64,000 nucleotides of DNA, taken from positions 416,001-480,000 of the forward strand of contig CAWKHF010000002.1 of NCBI GenBank assembly GCA_963849325.1, read 5' to 3'. Source of the stretch: an uncultured Planctomycetota bacterium (GTDB lineage Bacteria > Planctomycetota > Planctomycetia > Gemmatales > Gemmataceae). Made by a program: the position numbers and the translations under genes. Within the stretch, counting starts at the first letter, position 1. Each line of letters opens with the position of its first letter. Below are positions 40,869 through 51,103 of this stretch, piece by piece. The notes beneath the pieces are model-generated. The model ran no database searches and was not told the origin of the DNA. It worked only from the letters and a program-made list of their open reading frames with translations.

Positions 40869-42249
40869 CACTCAACAATCGTCCCATCAAGCCGACGGAC
40901 TCGTCCGCTTGCGCTTCCGTGAGGACCAGCGGCGGGGCGATGCGGACGACCTTTCGCGCCAGCGGTCCCAGAAGGTGGATGCCGTCGCCTCCCGGAGTCT
41001 CGCCGAGGTAACAGGCCAGCACGGCGGCGTTGGCCCATTCGCCGGCCGTGCGGCCGGCGTGGTCGCGGAACTCGAGGCCCCAGACCATGCCGCCCTTCTC
41101 GCCGCGGACGCGGGCGACGAAAGGCAATTCCTTCAAACGCAGCAGTCCTCGCTCGAGGATGGCGGAGCTGCGGCGGGCGCGGGCGAGCACGTCGCCGGCG
41201 GCGAACTCTTCCAGCGTGGCCAGGACGGCCGCACAGCACAACGGATTGGCGCTCCAGGTGTCGGAGCCTTCGCCATAATCGAGACTGGCCAGCACATCGG
41301 AACGGCCCACGGCCGCGGCAACCGGCACACCGTTGCCGAGTCCCTTGCCCAGGACCACAATGTCCGGCTCCAGTCCGTAGGTCTCGTAAGCGAACAGATC
41401 GCCGGTACGGCCGAAGTTGGCCTGGACCTCGTCGAGAATAAAGATCAGGTCGTGTTCGCGGCAAAACGCCTGCAACATCCGCAAATAGGAAGCAGGGGGG
41501 TGGTAGGAGCCACCGCCGCCGAGGTAAGGTTCCGTGACGAGTATGCTCAATCGCCGTCCGAATTGATGCACCAGCGCATCCAGCTCTCGACGGTAAGGGG
41601 CTGGGTCGAACGGTTGCCCGCGCTGGCTGACGTCGGCGCACTCGGTCATCGGGAAGCTGAGGAAGCGCACACGGGGGTCGCGGTCGTGATCCGTCTCGCA
41701 GCCCGTGACGGCGCCGGCCAATCCTTTTTTGCCGTGAAAGCCGTAGCGCGTGGCCACGATCATGTCGCGGGTTCGGTCGCGGGCCAGGGCGGCCCACAGA
41801 GCTTTCTGGATGGCCTCGGAGCCGGACGCGGCCCACAATACTTGTTGCAGACGGCTTCCGCCGGGCCGGCCTTGCAGCACCTCGAGCAAGCGCTGGCTGG
41901 CGTCGATCTCCACGGGGGTCACGGCGTTGTACGCGGTCAAGGGCAGGGCGGTGAAATACTCGCCGCCCGCGTCCGCTGCCGAGAGCGACCCGGCAGCCGG
42001 CCATTTCATGTACTGGATGAAGCGCCGCATCCACGACTGCGGATTGTGCCCCAGGTTGGCGACGAGCACTCCCGACGTGAAGTCGTACAGCCGGCGTCCC
42101 TCGGGAGTCCAGTGGAAGACGCCGGCACTTTTGGCGAGGACGGCCAACGTCGGCGTATAAGTCCGCAAGGCGCGCGGCTCGCAGCCCAGGAGACCGTCGC
42201 GGATCGTGTTGGAAGACGCCTCCTGGGGGTGATGGAGCGGGTCAGTCAT
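40843..42249 (-). CDS. Class III PLP-dependent aminotransferase
   Basis: YDFTSG..NLGH, SGSEA, FHG, ILDEVQANFGRTG, PDIVVLGKGLGNG, VRIAPPL. Confidence 0.95.
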   Translation of the reverse strand: MTDPLHHPQEASSNTIRDGLLGCEPRALRTYTPTLAVLAKSAGVFHWTPEGRRLYDFTSGVLVANLGHNPQSWMRRFIQYMKWPAAGSLSAADAGGEYFTALPLTAYNAVTPVEIDASQRLLEVLQGRPGGSRLQQVLWAASGSEAIQKALWAALARDRTRDMIVATRYGFHGKKGLAGAVTGCETDHDRDPRVRFLSFPMTECADVSQRGQPFDPAPYRRELDALVHQFGRRLSILVTEPYLGGGGSYHPPASYLRMLQAFCREHDLIFILDEVQANFGRTGDLFAYETYGLEPDIVVLGKGLGNGVPVAAAVGRSDVLASLDYGEGSDTWSANPLCCAAVLATLEEFAAGDVLARARRSSAILERGLLRLKELPFVARVRGEKGGMVWGLEFRDHAGRTAGEWANAAVLACYLGETPGGDGIHLLGPLARKVVRIAPPLVLTEAQADESVGLMGRLLSALPSGDCG

Positions 42250-42269
42250 GGCAACTCCCGGAATAGAGA

Positions 42270-43574
42270 TCAAACCGGATCCGCATAGAGTACGACAGGC
42301 TCGGGCTGTGCCGGAGTTTTGAGGACCAATCCCCCGCGGGGATCGTTCACCATCACGATACAACCCGGTTGGCCGGCGGCGTGACGCTGTAAGATCGCTT
42401 CGAGGGCTTGGATCGTAGCCACCGTCGCCCGGTCGGCCGATAGCTCGTTGTAAGCCAGACCGCGCATCCGCTGCACGCGCTGCTCGCGTTCGCCCGTTGG
42501 TCCGCCGAATTCAACATGGGCCACTTCCTCGAAGAAATGCCTCAATACCTCGACTCCGTAGCCGCGCTGGCTCCGCTCGTCCCACGGCTCCAGGAACGCC
42601 GCGTTGTAATGATGGTTGGGCGTGTATTTCATATCGATTGGCGTCTTCCCTTCCACGGTCACCTCGACGCCGCGCTTGCGCTGATGCGCCAGCCAGATGC
42701 CGTTGTCGAACCGGAACTGCACTTCCTGTTCGACGTAACCGGGGAAGTTGTCGGGCGTGACCCAGCTCGTATGGATGTCGAAGGCCGCTTCGCGGCCGTC
42801 GGGGTAGACATAGACCATTTGCAGCTGCACCGAGTCCCAGGTGGGGCCGTTGGCTGGCCCAACGAGGCCGCGTTGTCCGGTGGCGCTGACGCGGCCCAGA
42901 CGCGGCCCTCCGGCCAGGGAAGCGGCGAACGTGAAATCGATCAGCTTGACGTAATGCACGGCCACGTACGTCCCCGGATTGCGTCCGCTGATCCATTCGG
43001 CGAACTGCTGGCCGCTAATCTGCTTCGGTTCCAGCAGGGAACAGTATCCGTTGTTGACGTGACAAAGGACGCCATCGACGACGTGGGTACGCAGTTTTTT
43101 GTGATCGGGGTCGGCGAGCTTGTGATAGACGACCTTGGCGAGCACCCCCTGCCGGCGTGCGAGGGCGTTCAGCTCATCTAGTTCCTGAAGACGCAGTACT
43201 GAGGGTTTCTCGATGAGGACGTGTTTGCCCGCCTGAAGGACGCGGTGCGCGGCATCGAAGTGTCGATCGTCCGGCGTGGCGACGCAGACGGCATCAACGC
43301 CCCGGGCGAGAAGTTGCTCGATCGCATCGGGACCGCTGCAATTGGCGAACGGCCCCAGTCTCGCACCGGCGCTTTGCCGCAAACGCTCGCCGCGCTGACC
43401 CGTCCGACTGGCGACAGCAGTCAACGCCACGTCCACGAAACCGAAGTCCCGCCGATACAGTCCCTCGGCGTGCAGCTGCTCGAAGAGCGGCCGATAGGTC
43501 TCCTCAAAGATCATGCCCAGGCCGACCATTCCCGCGCGGAGCTGATTACGGCCGAGGTTCGCGGTTATTTGCAT
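42270..43574 (-). CDS. Gfo/Idh/MocA oxidoreductase
   Basis: GMVGLGMI, VCVATPDDRH, HVLIEKP; an alternative start at 43652 is possible. Confidence 0.9.
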   Translation of the reverse strand: MQITANLGRNQLRAGMVGLGMIFEETYRPLFEQLHAEGLYRRDFGFVDVALTAVASRTGQRGERLRQSAGARLGPFANCSGPDAIEQLLARGVDAVCVATPDDRHFDAAHRVLQAGKHVLIEKPSVLRLQELDELNALARRQGVLAKVVYHKLADPDHKKLRTHVVDGVLCHVNNGYCSLLEPKQISGQQFAEWISGRNPGTYVAVHYVKLIDFTFAASLAGGPRLGRVSATGQRGLVGPANGPTWDSVQLQMVYVYPDGREAAFDIHTSWVTPDNFPGYVEQEVQFRFDNGIWLAHQRKRGVEVTVEGKTPIDMKYTPNHHYNAAFLEPWDERSQRGYGVEVLRHFFEEVAHVEFGGPTGEREQRVQRMRGLAYNELSADRATVATIQALEAILQRHAAGQPGCIVMVNDPRGGLVLKTPAQPEPVVLYADPV

Positions 43575-43772
43575 GTGGGCATCATAGGCCGCTTCGTGGG
43601 GAAGAAAAGTCCGGGAGAGGTTCACTTGCGGGTGCCCCGCTTTCGCGTCCATTGCAAGCTATAGTTGAAACACAACCCCGCGGGGAGACAAGGGCCATCG
43701 GCCACGAGGGCACCGTCCGCTCTTCGCACCCCGAGAGGGAATGACAACGCCTTGACAGAGAAGGCAGGTATC

Positions 43773-44810
43773 ATGAGCGGCCCTCCATCCCCGGCAGCGC
43801 CGGTGCTGAGCATCGTCATTCCGCTGCTTAATGAGGAGGCGGTGCTCGACGAGACCTATCGCCGACTCAAGGAACAGCTCGACCGCCTGGGCGAGAGCTA
43901 CGAAATCATCTTCGTCGATGACGGCAGCACGGATCGTTCGCGCGCCCTTCTGGCCGCGAAAGCCCTGATCGATCCCGCCGTCCGCGTCGTCGGCCTGTCG
44001 CGCAACTTCGGCCACGAGATGGCGACGACGGCCGGCTTGCAGTATGCCCGCGGCCAAGCCGCGGTCGTCATGGACGCTGACCTGCAAGACCCACCCGAAC
44101 TCATCGAGCAGTTCCTCGCCCGCTGGCGCGAAGGCTATCAAGTCGTTTATGGGGTGCGTCAGGAGCGCAGAGGAGAAAGCCTTCTAAAAAAAGTTACCTC
44201 CTATCTTTTTTATCGCCTTATGGGTCGCATCGCTGACGTACCCATCCCGGCGGACACCGGCGACTTTCGCTTGATGGACCGCCGTGTCCTGGAGGTGTAT
44301 CGCCAGTTTCACGAGGAACCCCGTTTCTTCCGTGGTCTGATTGGCTGGGTCGGGTTCCGACAGGTCGGCGTCCCGTTTGTGCGATGTCACAGGGCAGGGG
44401 GCCATACCAAGTATCGCTATGGCCGTCTGATCAAGCTCGCCTTCGACACCATCACGGCATTCTCAACGCTGCCGGCCCTGTGTATTACCTTGTTGGCCGG
44501 AAGTTTGGCGGGGCTGAGCATGCTTTTCTTGGGCGTGGTCGTCCTGCTCTGGGCGGTGGGATGGCTCGCCCTGGAAGGCTGGATGGGAGCTGCCCTTGGT
44601 TTCTTGTTGCTGTGGAACGTGCAATTCCTGAGTCTGGCGATCCTTGGCGAGTACGTGGTGCGGACTCATCGTCACACGCAGCGCCGGCCTCTGTTCGTCG
44701 TGGACACCGTCATCGAAAACCTAGCCCCGGTTGACGATGGCCGAGCGGCAAAGCCGGAGCGGGATGAGGTGACACTCATCTGTCACCCTTCCTCCCTTTG
44801 CGCTCGGTGA
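43773..44810 (+). CDS. GT2 polyprenyl-phosphate glycosyltransferase (GtrB/ArnC-like)
   Basis: SIVIPLLNE, FVDDGSTD, LSRNFGHE, MDADLQDPP, TGDFRLMDR; two C-terminal TMs. Confidence 0.93.
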   Translation: MSGPPSPAAPVLSIVIPLLNEEAVLDETYRRLKEQLDRLGESYEIIFVDDGSTDRSRALLAAKALIDPAVRVVGLSRNFGHEMATTAGLQYARGQAAVVMDADLQDPPELIEQFLARWREGYQVVYGVRQERRGESLLKKVTSYLFYRLMGRIADVPIPADTGDFRLMDRRVLEVYRQFHEEPRFFRGLIGWVGFRQVGVPFVRCHRAGGHTKYRYGRLIKLAFDTITAFSTLPALCITLLAGSLAGLSMLFLGVVVLLWAVGWLALEGWMGAALGFLLLWNVQFLSLAILGEYVVRTHRHTQRRPLFVVDTVIENLAPVDDGRAAKPERDEVTLICHPSSLCAR

Positions 44811-44843
44811 CACATCGAACTCGAGTCTCGAAGGATTGTTCCC

Positions 44844-46526
44844 ATGCAGACCTCGGCCTGCTCGCCTGCGGAACCCGTTCGCGTTCTCCGTGATCCTCCC
44901 GACAGCATCTCGCCGCGTGCTGACAATTCGTCGTCCGTTCCTCTCCGTTGGTATCGGCTCAGCGGGGCCGACGTGGTTTTTTTCGTGCTGGCGTTTATTG
45001 TCTTCCTGACAGCGCGGCAGGGATTGTTGGATGATCCCGGCCTGGGTTGGCACCTGCGGAATATCGATGCGATGTTGGCGGAGGGCGGTTGGCTGACGGT
45101 GGATTCGTTCTCGGAGCCGCGCGAAGGCCAACCGCGTCCGTGGCGCAGTAATCAATGGCTCGGCGAAATACCATTCTGGCTGGGCGAGCGTTGGGCGGGT
45201 TTGGAAGGCATCGCGGCCGTCGCCGCGGTCGTCATCGCTTTCACCATGCGCTGTCTGTACCGCATGTCTCTCCGCGACGGTTCACCCTGGCCGGTAGCCG
45301 TCTTCTGGACCTCGCAAGCAGCGATGGGCGTTTCTTGCTCGTGGGTTGCCCGACCGAATTTATTCACCATGCTCTTCGTGCTGGTGACGGCCCGGATCTG
45401 CGTTCGCTTCCACGAGGGCCGCTGCTCTCGTCGCAAGACCCTCTGGCTGGTCCCCTTGTTTGGCCTCTGGGCCAACATCCACGGTGGGTTCGTGGCCGGC
45501 TTCACTCTCCTCGCCGCCACCACGTTGATCGAGATGGCCCTGACCCTCTTCGCGGGAAATGCGGAAGCCAGACTGGCAGCGCGAGGCCGTGCCGTCCATC
45601 TTCTTCTGCTGCTGTCCGGCGCGTTTCTCGCCACGCTCGTCAATCCTTACGGTCTGTCGCTTTATCCGTGGATCTTCCAACTTCTCGGCGATCCATTCTT
45701 CATGGATCTGCATCTCGAATGGAAGTCGCCGGACTTCCACGGCAAGGGGGCGATCCGCTTCGAGTTGCTGATGCTCCTCTTTCCGATGTTGCTGGCACTG
45801 AGCAAGCGCCGGCCGAACCTCGTGGAGTTGGGACTCGCCCTGTTGTGGTTCCACTTCGCGTTGACTGGGTTCCGCTACGTGCCGTTGTGGGTGGTTATCG
45901 TCGTCCCTCTGCTGGCGCGTTCCAGTCTCGAAGTGCCCTGGTGCCGAAACCTGGCCCAGCGCCTTGTCTCTTCGGGGAAGGAGGGAAGAGGGTCGTTGTT
46001 CTCCTTCGCGCCGACTGGGGTGCCGTGGATGGGGACGTTGCTCGGCGTCGTGGTCCTCTTTGGAATGGCCCGCTGCGCCGAGGGACGCCTGGCCCGTCAT
46101 CAACCTGAGATCATTGCGGCAGATGCCCTCGACCGCTTCTTGCAGATTCATGCCGAGTGGAGGCAAACGCATGGCCGGCGACCTGTCGTCTTCCATTCCT
46201 ACGACTGGGGCGGCTACCTCACCTGGCATGGCGGCCCCGACTTCCGCAACTGGATCGACGACCGCAACGAGGTCCAGGGCAAGGAACACGTCCAGGAGTA
46301 TTTCTCCATCCTTGAAACGGACCCCGGCTGGAACGACAAGCTCGATCGCGCCGGCGTTCAGCTCATCTGCATCCAGGCGAATGCACCGTTGACCTTCCGC
46401 CTTGCCGAGAGCCGGTCGTGGCGCGAACGGTATCGGGACTCGTGGGCGGTCATCTTTGAACGGCGAAGCCATATCGAGGAATGCTCAAGACCCACCGACC
46501 TCGCCGTTCCTAAGTTCCTGCCCTGA
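44844..46526 (+). CDS. Multi-pass membrane protein, probable GT-C glycosyltransferase
   Basis: DDPGLGWHL, DSFS, WVARPNLF, LWANIHGGF, LVNPYG, YDWGGYL, IDDRNE. Confidence 0.75.
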   Translation: MQTSACSPAEPVRVLRDPPDSISPRADNSSSVPLRWYRLSGADVVFFVLAFIVFLTARQGLLDDPGLGWHLRNIDAMLAEGGWLTVDSFSEPREGQPRPWRSNQWLGEIPFWLGERWAGLEGIAAVAAVVIAFTMRCLYRMSLRDGSPWPVAVFWTSQAAMGVSCSWVARPNLFTMLFVLVTARICVRFHEGRCSRRKTLWLVPLFGLWANIHGGFVAGFTLLAATTLIEMALTLFAGNAEARLAARGRAVHLLLLLSGAFLATLVNPYGLSLYPWIFQLLGDPFFMDLHLEWKSPDFHGKGAIRFELLMLLFPMLLALSKRRPNLVELGLALLWFHFALTGFRYVPLWVVIVVPLLARSSLEVPWCRNLAQRLVSSGKEGRGSLFSFAPTGVPWMGTLLGVVVLFGMARCAEGRLARHQPEIIAADALDRFLQIHAEWRQTHGRRPVVFHSYDWGGYLTWHGGPDFRNWIDDRNEVQGKEHVQEYFSILETDPGWNDKLDRAGVQLICIQANAPLTFRLAESRSWRERYRDSWAVIFERRSHIEECSRPTDLAVPKFLP

Positions 46527-46567
46527 CTCACGTTCTGTCCGTTCGGGCGTCCCAAAACGCTATCCAT

Positions 46568-46679
46568 TTAATTAAACATAAGATCTCTTATCGGACGTTA
46601 CCCTTTCGACCGCGTTTCTATCTTTGAAATCGAAGGGCCAACGAGTAACGTCCGATAAGAGTTCATTATGTTTAATTAA
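46568..46679. mobile_element. AT-rich miniature inverted-repeat element (MITE-like)
   Basis: ttaattaaacataa-gat-ctcttatcggacgttac .. gtaacgtccgataagag-ttca-ttatgtttaattaa. Confidence 0.5.
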
Positions 46680-46836
46680 TGCTTGGTTCGCCGCTCGTCA
46701 CAACTTCCGAAAGCACAAGGGTTTATCTATGTTCTCCAGAAGACCGGCAACGCCTGAGAACTGACCTTGACCGAGATGTCGCTAAACGCGATACAGCCCA
46801 GAGCCGAACCGAGTTCGCGCCGCATGGAGGAGAGGC

Positions 46837-48573
46837 ATGGCTGGTTGGAGCAAGAGCCGACTGCTGGAGGGAACGTGGCTGCTGTTCTGGATCGTGGCCA
46901 GTTCCGCCTGGTGCGTCTCGGCATCGGCACGCCTTGGGGCCACCTTCGACGAACCGACATATCTCAACCTGGGACTGGAGAACTGGCGTTCGGGTAGCTC
47001 GAAGCGCTTGCTCGATCTGGGAACCATGCCCCTACCCGCCCATGTTCAGACGCTCCCCCTTCATCTCTGGGAGCGCTGGTGCGGAGAGCCGTTGGATACG
47101 AGTCGGAACCTGGACCCGTTGTTGCCGGTGGCCCGGCTGGGTACCCTGCCGTTCTGGTGGCTTCTGCTTGTCTATGGCTGGCTGGCGGGTCGCCAGATGG
47201 CCGGTCCCTGGGGCGGAAGGTTGTCGGTGGCCCTTCTGGCCTGCGAGCCAAACTTGCTGGCTCATGCAAGCCTGGCGACCACCGATGTCGCGGTGTCGGC
47301 GTGTTTGCTGGCCTTGCTGTACCACTTCAAAATCGGCAGGGATTGTTCGTGGTGGCGTCGCGTCCTGGTGCCCGCTGGGTGGTTCACCCTGGCCGTGTTG
47401 ACCAAGGCGTCCGGCCTCGTGTTCGGAGTGATCGGCCTGGCCATGGTCGAACTGGAGCATTACCTCACCACGTTCGGGGAGAAGGAAAGTCTGACCTCAC
47501 GAGTGCGAATTGCCATCGCCTCCTTATTTCGGCCTCCGTTTCGGCGCGATTTGTTCCACATCGTTACCCTGGCTCTGATAGCGGTGTTCTGGTATTGCGG
47601 CTCGGACTGGATCGTGTCCCCCTCCTTCGTCGCCTGGGCGAAACAGCTGCCCGAGGGGCCGGCCCGATCCGGGCTGCTGTGGTTCGCGGAGCATCTGCGA
47701 ATTTTTAGCAACGCCGGAGTGGCCCTCGTTCGTCAAGTCCGCCACAACGTCCAGGGCCACGGCGTCTTTCTGCTGGAACAAGTGGAAAGACGGGCCATCT
47801 GGTACTATTTCCCGCTGGCGCTGACCATCAAATCGCCCCTGCCTCTACTGGTGCTGCCGCTGTTGCTTGCCGCGACGTGTCGCCAAGCCCTGCGGAACTG
47901 GGCCTGCCTCGCGGCCGGCGCTCTTTTCCTGTTCAGTTTCGTGTGTCGCGTCCAGACGGGCATCCGCCTGGTGTTACCTCTCGTCAGCCTCGCCGTGGTC
48001 GGACTCTCGGCCGCCCTGATCGTGGCCCGGCACAACCTCACGTCGAGCCGCTTGCGCCCTGTCCTGACGGCGACCGCGGTCCTGAGCGGGGGCTGGCTCA
48101 TCTGGGCCGCCGTGTCGGTCTGGCCGCATGGTTTGTGTTACACGAACGAGCTGTGGGGTGGAACGGCGAACGGTTATCGCCGCCTCAGCGATTCCAATTA
48201 CGATTGGGGCCAGGGATTGAAGGAGCTGGCGCGCTGGCAGCAGACGCATCAGGTGCGCGATCTGGATGTGTTATATTACGGCACGGACACGACCCTTAGG
48301 CAACTGCCCATGCGTCCGATCGCCATAGCGAAACTGGAACTGGGACCGGATCAGCTGCCCCTCGCCTTTCAAGGTCGCACGGTCGCCGTGGGCACCTCGA
48401 TCGTCTACGGCAGCGTGAGCGACACTCAAGACAAGCTGCGGGCGCTGGCTCACTCGTTGCGGCGCCATACGCCCGTGGACCGAACTACGACGTTCCTTAT
48501 CTACCGCTTCCCTGCCAGCGACGAAATGGCCACGGCCCAGGCCCAAGAGCGGCTGAACCAAGAAACTCCCTGA
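46837..48573 (+). CDS. GT-C glycosyltransferase (ArnT/PMT-like)
   Basis: ATFDEPTY, EPNLLAHASLATTD, LTK, WYYFP, LSDSNYDWGQGL. Confidence 0.85.
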   Translation: MAGWSKSRLLEGTWLLFWIVASSAWCVSASARLGATFDEPTYLNLGLENWRSGSSKRLLDLGTMPLPAHVQTLPLHLWERWCGEPLDTSRNLDPLLPVARLGTLPFWWLLLVYGWLAGRQMAGPWGGRLSVALLACEPNLLAHASLATTDVAVSACLLALLYHFKIGRDCSWWRRVLVPAGWFTLAVLTKASGLVFGVIGLAMVELEHYLTTFGEKESLTSRVRIAIASLFRPPFRRDLFHIVTLALIAVFWYCGSDWIVSPSFVAWAKQLPEGPARSGLLWFAEHLRIFSNAGVALVRQVRHNVQGHGVFLLEQVERRAIWYYFPLALTIKSPLPLLVLPLLLAATCRQALRNWACLAAGALFLFSFVCRVQTGIRLVLPLVSLAVVGLSAALIVARHNLTSSRLRPVLTATAVLSGGWLIWAAVSVWPHGLCYTNELWGGTANGYRRLSDSNYDWGQGLKELARWQQTHQVRDLDVLYYGTDTTLRQLPMRPIAIAKLELGPDQLPLAFQGRTVAVGTSIVYGSVSDTQDKLRALAHSLRRHTPVDRTTTFLIYRFPASDEMATAQAQERLNQETP

Positions 48574-48578
48574 GCCGG

Positions 48579-49577
48579 TCAAGAGGCTCCGCCGGCGATA
48601 CCCTGAGAGTCGTTCCCGGAGAGGAAGAAGCCCATCTTGCGGAACTTCTGGTAACGACCTTCCAGCAGCTCCTCCACCGGCAGCGGTCGAAGCTCGCGGA
48701 GATAGCGGAGAAGGTACGACTTCAAGGTCGTCGCCATTTCCCGTTGATCGCGGTGAGCGCCGCCGAGTGGTTCCGGGATGATGTCATCGATGACGCCCAG
48801 GCGCAGCAGGTCGCGCGCGGTCAGGCGCAACGCCTCGGCGGCGAGCGGCTTGGTCGTCTCGGTAGCGACCTTCCACAGAATGCCAGCGCAGCCCTCGGGA
48901 CTGATGACGGAATAGTAGGCGTGCTCCAGCAGACTAACGCGATCGCCGATGCCGATGCCCAGGGCACCGCCCGATCCTCCTTCACCGATGACCACGCAGA
49001 TGATGGGCGTCTCCAGGCGCGACATCTCCAGAAGGTTCGTGGCGATCAGCTGGGCCTGGCCGCGCTCCTCGGCGCCGATGCCGGGGAAGGCGCCGGGCGT
49101 GTCGATCAGGCACACGATGGGCAAGCGAAACTTGGCGGCCAGACGCATGTTCTTGAGCGCCTTGCGATAGCCCTCGGGATGGGCACAGCCATAGAAACAG
49201 TCAGTGCGTTCCTGCAGGGTGTGGCCCTTCTGATGGCCCAGGAGCACGACGCGGAAATCGCCCAGGCGCGCGAAGCCGCACCGCAGCGCGCGGTCGTCGC
49301 CGATGGCTCGGTCGCCGTGCAGCTCCACGAATTCCTCAAAGATGAGATCGACGTAATCCATCGTCTGCGGCCGATCGGCGTGCCGCGAGACCAGCACCGT
49401 TTGCCAGGGGTTCAGGCTGCTGTAGATCTTGCGCTTGAGGTTGACCAGTTCGCGGCGAATACGGCGGATTTCCTCGCTGCTGCCGAGTTGGCCGTTGGAC
49501 CCCGCTTCCAGACGCTCCAGCAGGTCTTCCAACTCGTAAATGTCGGACTCAAAAGGCAAACGATTGCGCGGAGGCAT
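48579..49577 (-). CDS. accA: Acetyl-CoA carboxylase carboxyltransferase alpha subunit
   Basis: ELHGDR, GHQKG, PEGYRKA, IDTPGAFPGIGAEERGQ, GEGGSGGAL, YSVISPEGCA. Confidence 0.97.
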   Translation of the reverse strand: MPPRNRLPFESDIYELEDLLERLEAGSNGQLGSSEEIRRIRRELVNLKRKIYSSLNPWQTVLVSRHADRPQTMDYVDLIFEEFVELHGDRAIGDDRALRCGFARLGDFRVVLLGHQKGHTLQERTDCFYGCAHPEGYRKALKNMRLAAKFRLPIVCLIDTPGAFPGIGAEERGQAQLIATNLLEMSRLETPIICVVIGEGGSGGALGIGIGDRVSLLEHAYYSVISPEGCAGILWKVATETTKPLAAEALRLTARDLLRLGVIDDIIPEPLGGAHRDQREMATTLKSYLLRYLRELRPLPVEELLEGRYQKFRKMGFFLSGNDSQGIAGGAS

Positions 49578-49725
49578 GATTCGCTCCTCGACCCTCGGCC
49601 CGGCAACCGACTCCAGGCTGCGGAGTACAGGATACCGAAGAGACCCGATTGGGTCCAACTGCTCTTGCCCGTTCGACGAAGGCCGTGTTATCGACTATCC
49701 GCCGGCGGTGCAGGATCGAACGCCG

Positions 49726-51084
49726 ATGCGGAGTCTCGAAATGAACTCGTCCTCCTGGCAGGGTCCGGTCGGACACTGGCTCAAGGGCCACCCGTACACC
49801 GCGGGCGCGGTCCTTGTGCTGAGCGTCGTCGCTCTCTCCTTTGGCCGGCGTCAACAGTCGGAATGGCGCGAAGTGTACGTCCCCGCCGCGGCCCGTCTGT
49901 GGCTGGGGGAGGACGTCTATCGTCCGGACGGCGGCTACCTCTATCCCCCGTTCATGGCCTGGACCGTCCTGCCCTTTCTGACCTTGCCCGATGCCCTCGG
50001 GCGCGGAGCCTGGTTCCTCGTCAACCTGATCTGCCTGCTTGGCTTGCTCCGTTGGAGTTGGCGTCTGGCCGGAGGCGGCCGACTCGAAGGTGTCGGGGCA
50101 GCGAAACTCGCCGAACACGTGGCCGCTGTGCTCGGCGGTCTTTGTGGGGGATTCTACATTCAGAATTGCCTGGCCCACCAGCAGACGGATGTCGTCATTG
50201 GAGCGGCCCTGGCGGGTGGTTGCTTGTTGTTAATGCGCGGGCGCGTCCTTCTGGCCGCCACCTCGTTCGGATTGGCGGCGGCTTGCAAATGCACGGGGCT
50301 GCTCTGGGCGCCGTATCTCCTCTGGCGCGGCCGGCCCTTCGCGGCGGCGTGGCTGCTCGCCGTCGCCCTCGGCGTCAACCTGTTGCCGGACTTCGTCAGC
50401 ACGTCGCCGTCGGGACAGCCGTGGTTGGAAGTCTACACGTCGCGCTTTCTGAAACCTCTCACCGATTCCGAGTACCTCGTCGGCGCCTGGCGCAGCGAGC
50501 CGGTTTACAATCAGTCGCTCGCCGGACTCGGGCGGCGCTGGTTCACGACTTCCTGGACGTGGGCACCGGACGATTGCACGGTCGAACTGTGTACGCCGCG
50601 CGTTTCCCCGCTCGCCCTCCGAAGCGGCGTCTATGGATTGCAGATGGTGCTGCTGCTGGCCGTGCTCTGGAATTGTGGCCGGCCCTTTCAGCGGCTCTCC
50701 CAGGGCGCGGATGGGTGCCGTCAAGGTCTGGAGTGCGGCGTCGTCTTGCTTCTCATGGTGCTGTTGTCGCCCATGTCCAGCAAGGCCCACTTCGGGACTC
50801 TTGTCTTGCCTGGTTTCTGCCTGGCCCGCGCCGCAATCGCCTCGCGCAGCCGTCTGCTGGCGTCGGTGTTGGTGGGGGCCGTACTGCTCGCTGTTCTGTC
50901 GAACAAGGATCCTCTCGGCGAGAAACTATACACGCTCAGTCTGTGGTACGGCGTCGTCACCTGGCAATCGCTCCTTCTGCTGGCGGGATGCCTGATCGCG
51001 CTGCCGTCCAACTCTCCAAAGACAACCACGGATTACACGGATAAAGACGAAAAGAGTCTTTCTTTATCCGTGCTATCCGTGTAA
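49726..51084 (+). CDS. GT87 / DUF2029-like membrane glycosyltransferase
   Basis: GEDVY..YLYPPF, HQQTD, AAACK, NQSL, LLSPMSSKAH. Confidence 0.85.
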   Translation: MRSLEMNSSSWQGPVGHWLKGHPYTAGAVLVLSVVALSFGRRQQSEWREVYVPAAARLWLGEDVYRPDGGYLYPPFMAWTVLPFLTLPDALGRGAWFLVNLICLLGLLRWSWRLAGGGRLEGVGAAKLAEHVAAVLGGLCGGFYIQNCLAHQQTDVVIGAALAGGCLLLMRGRVLLAATSFGLAAACKCTGLLWAPYLLWRGRPFAAAWLLAVALGVNLLPDFVSTSPSGQPWLEVYTSRFLKPLTDSEYLVGAWRSEPVYNQSLAGLGRRWFTTSWTWAPDDCTVELCTPRVSPLALRSGVYGLQMVLLLAVLWNCGRPFQRLSQGADGCRQGLECGVVLLLMVLLSPMSSKAHFGTLVLPGFCLARAAIASRSRLLASVLVGAVLLAVLSNKDPLGEKLYTLSLWYGVVTWQSLLLLAGCLIALPSNSPKTTTDYTDKDEKSLSLSVLSV

Positions 51085-51092
51085 TCCGTAGT
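51025..51092. repeat. Inverted (CACGGATTA)-type nonamer repeats between convergent genes
   Basis: accacggattacacggataaag .. ctttatccgtgctatccgtgtaatccgtagt. Confidence 0.85.
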
Positions 51093-51103
51093 CCTCTTTC
51101 TGG

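Noticed and set aside
43598-43620. gaaaagtccggg resembling the RNase P RNA 5' motif
   Set aside because: Imperfect match, and no other RNase P conserved regions follow
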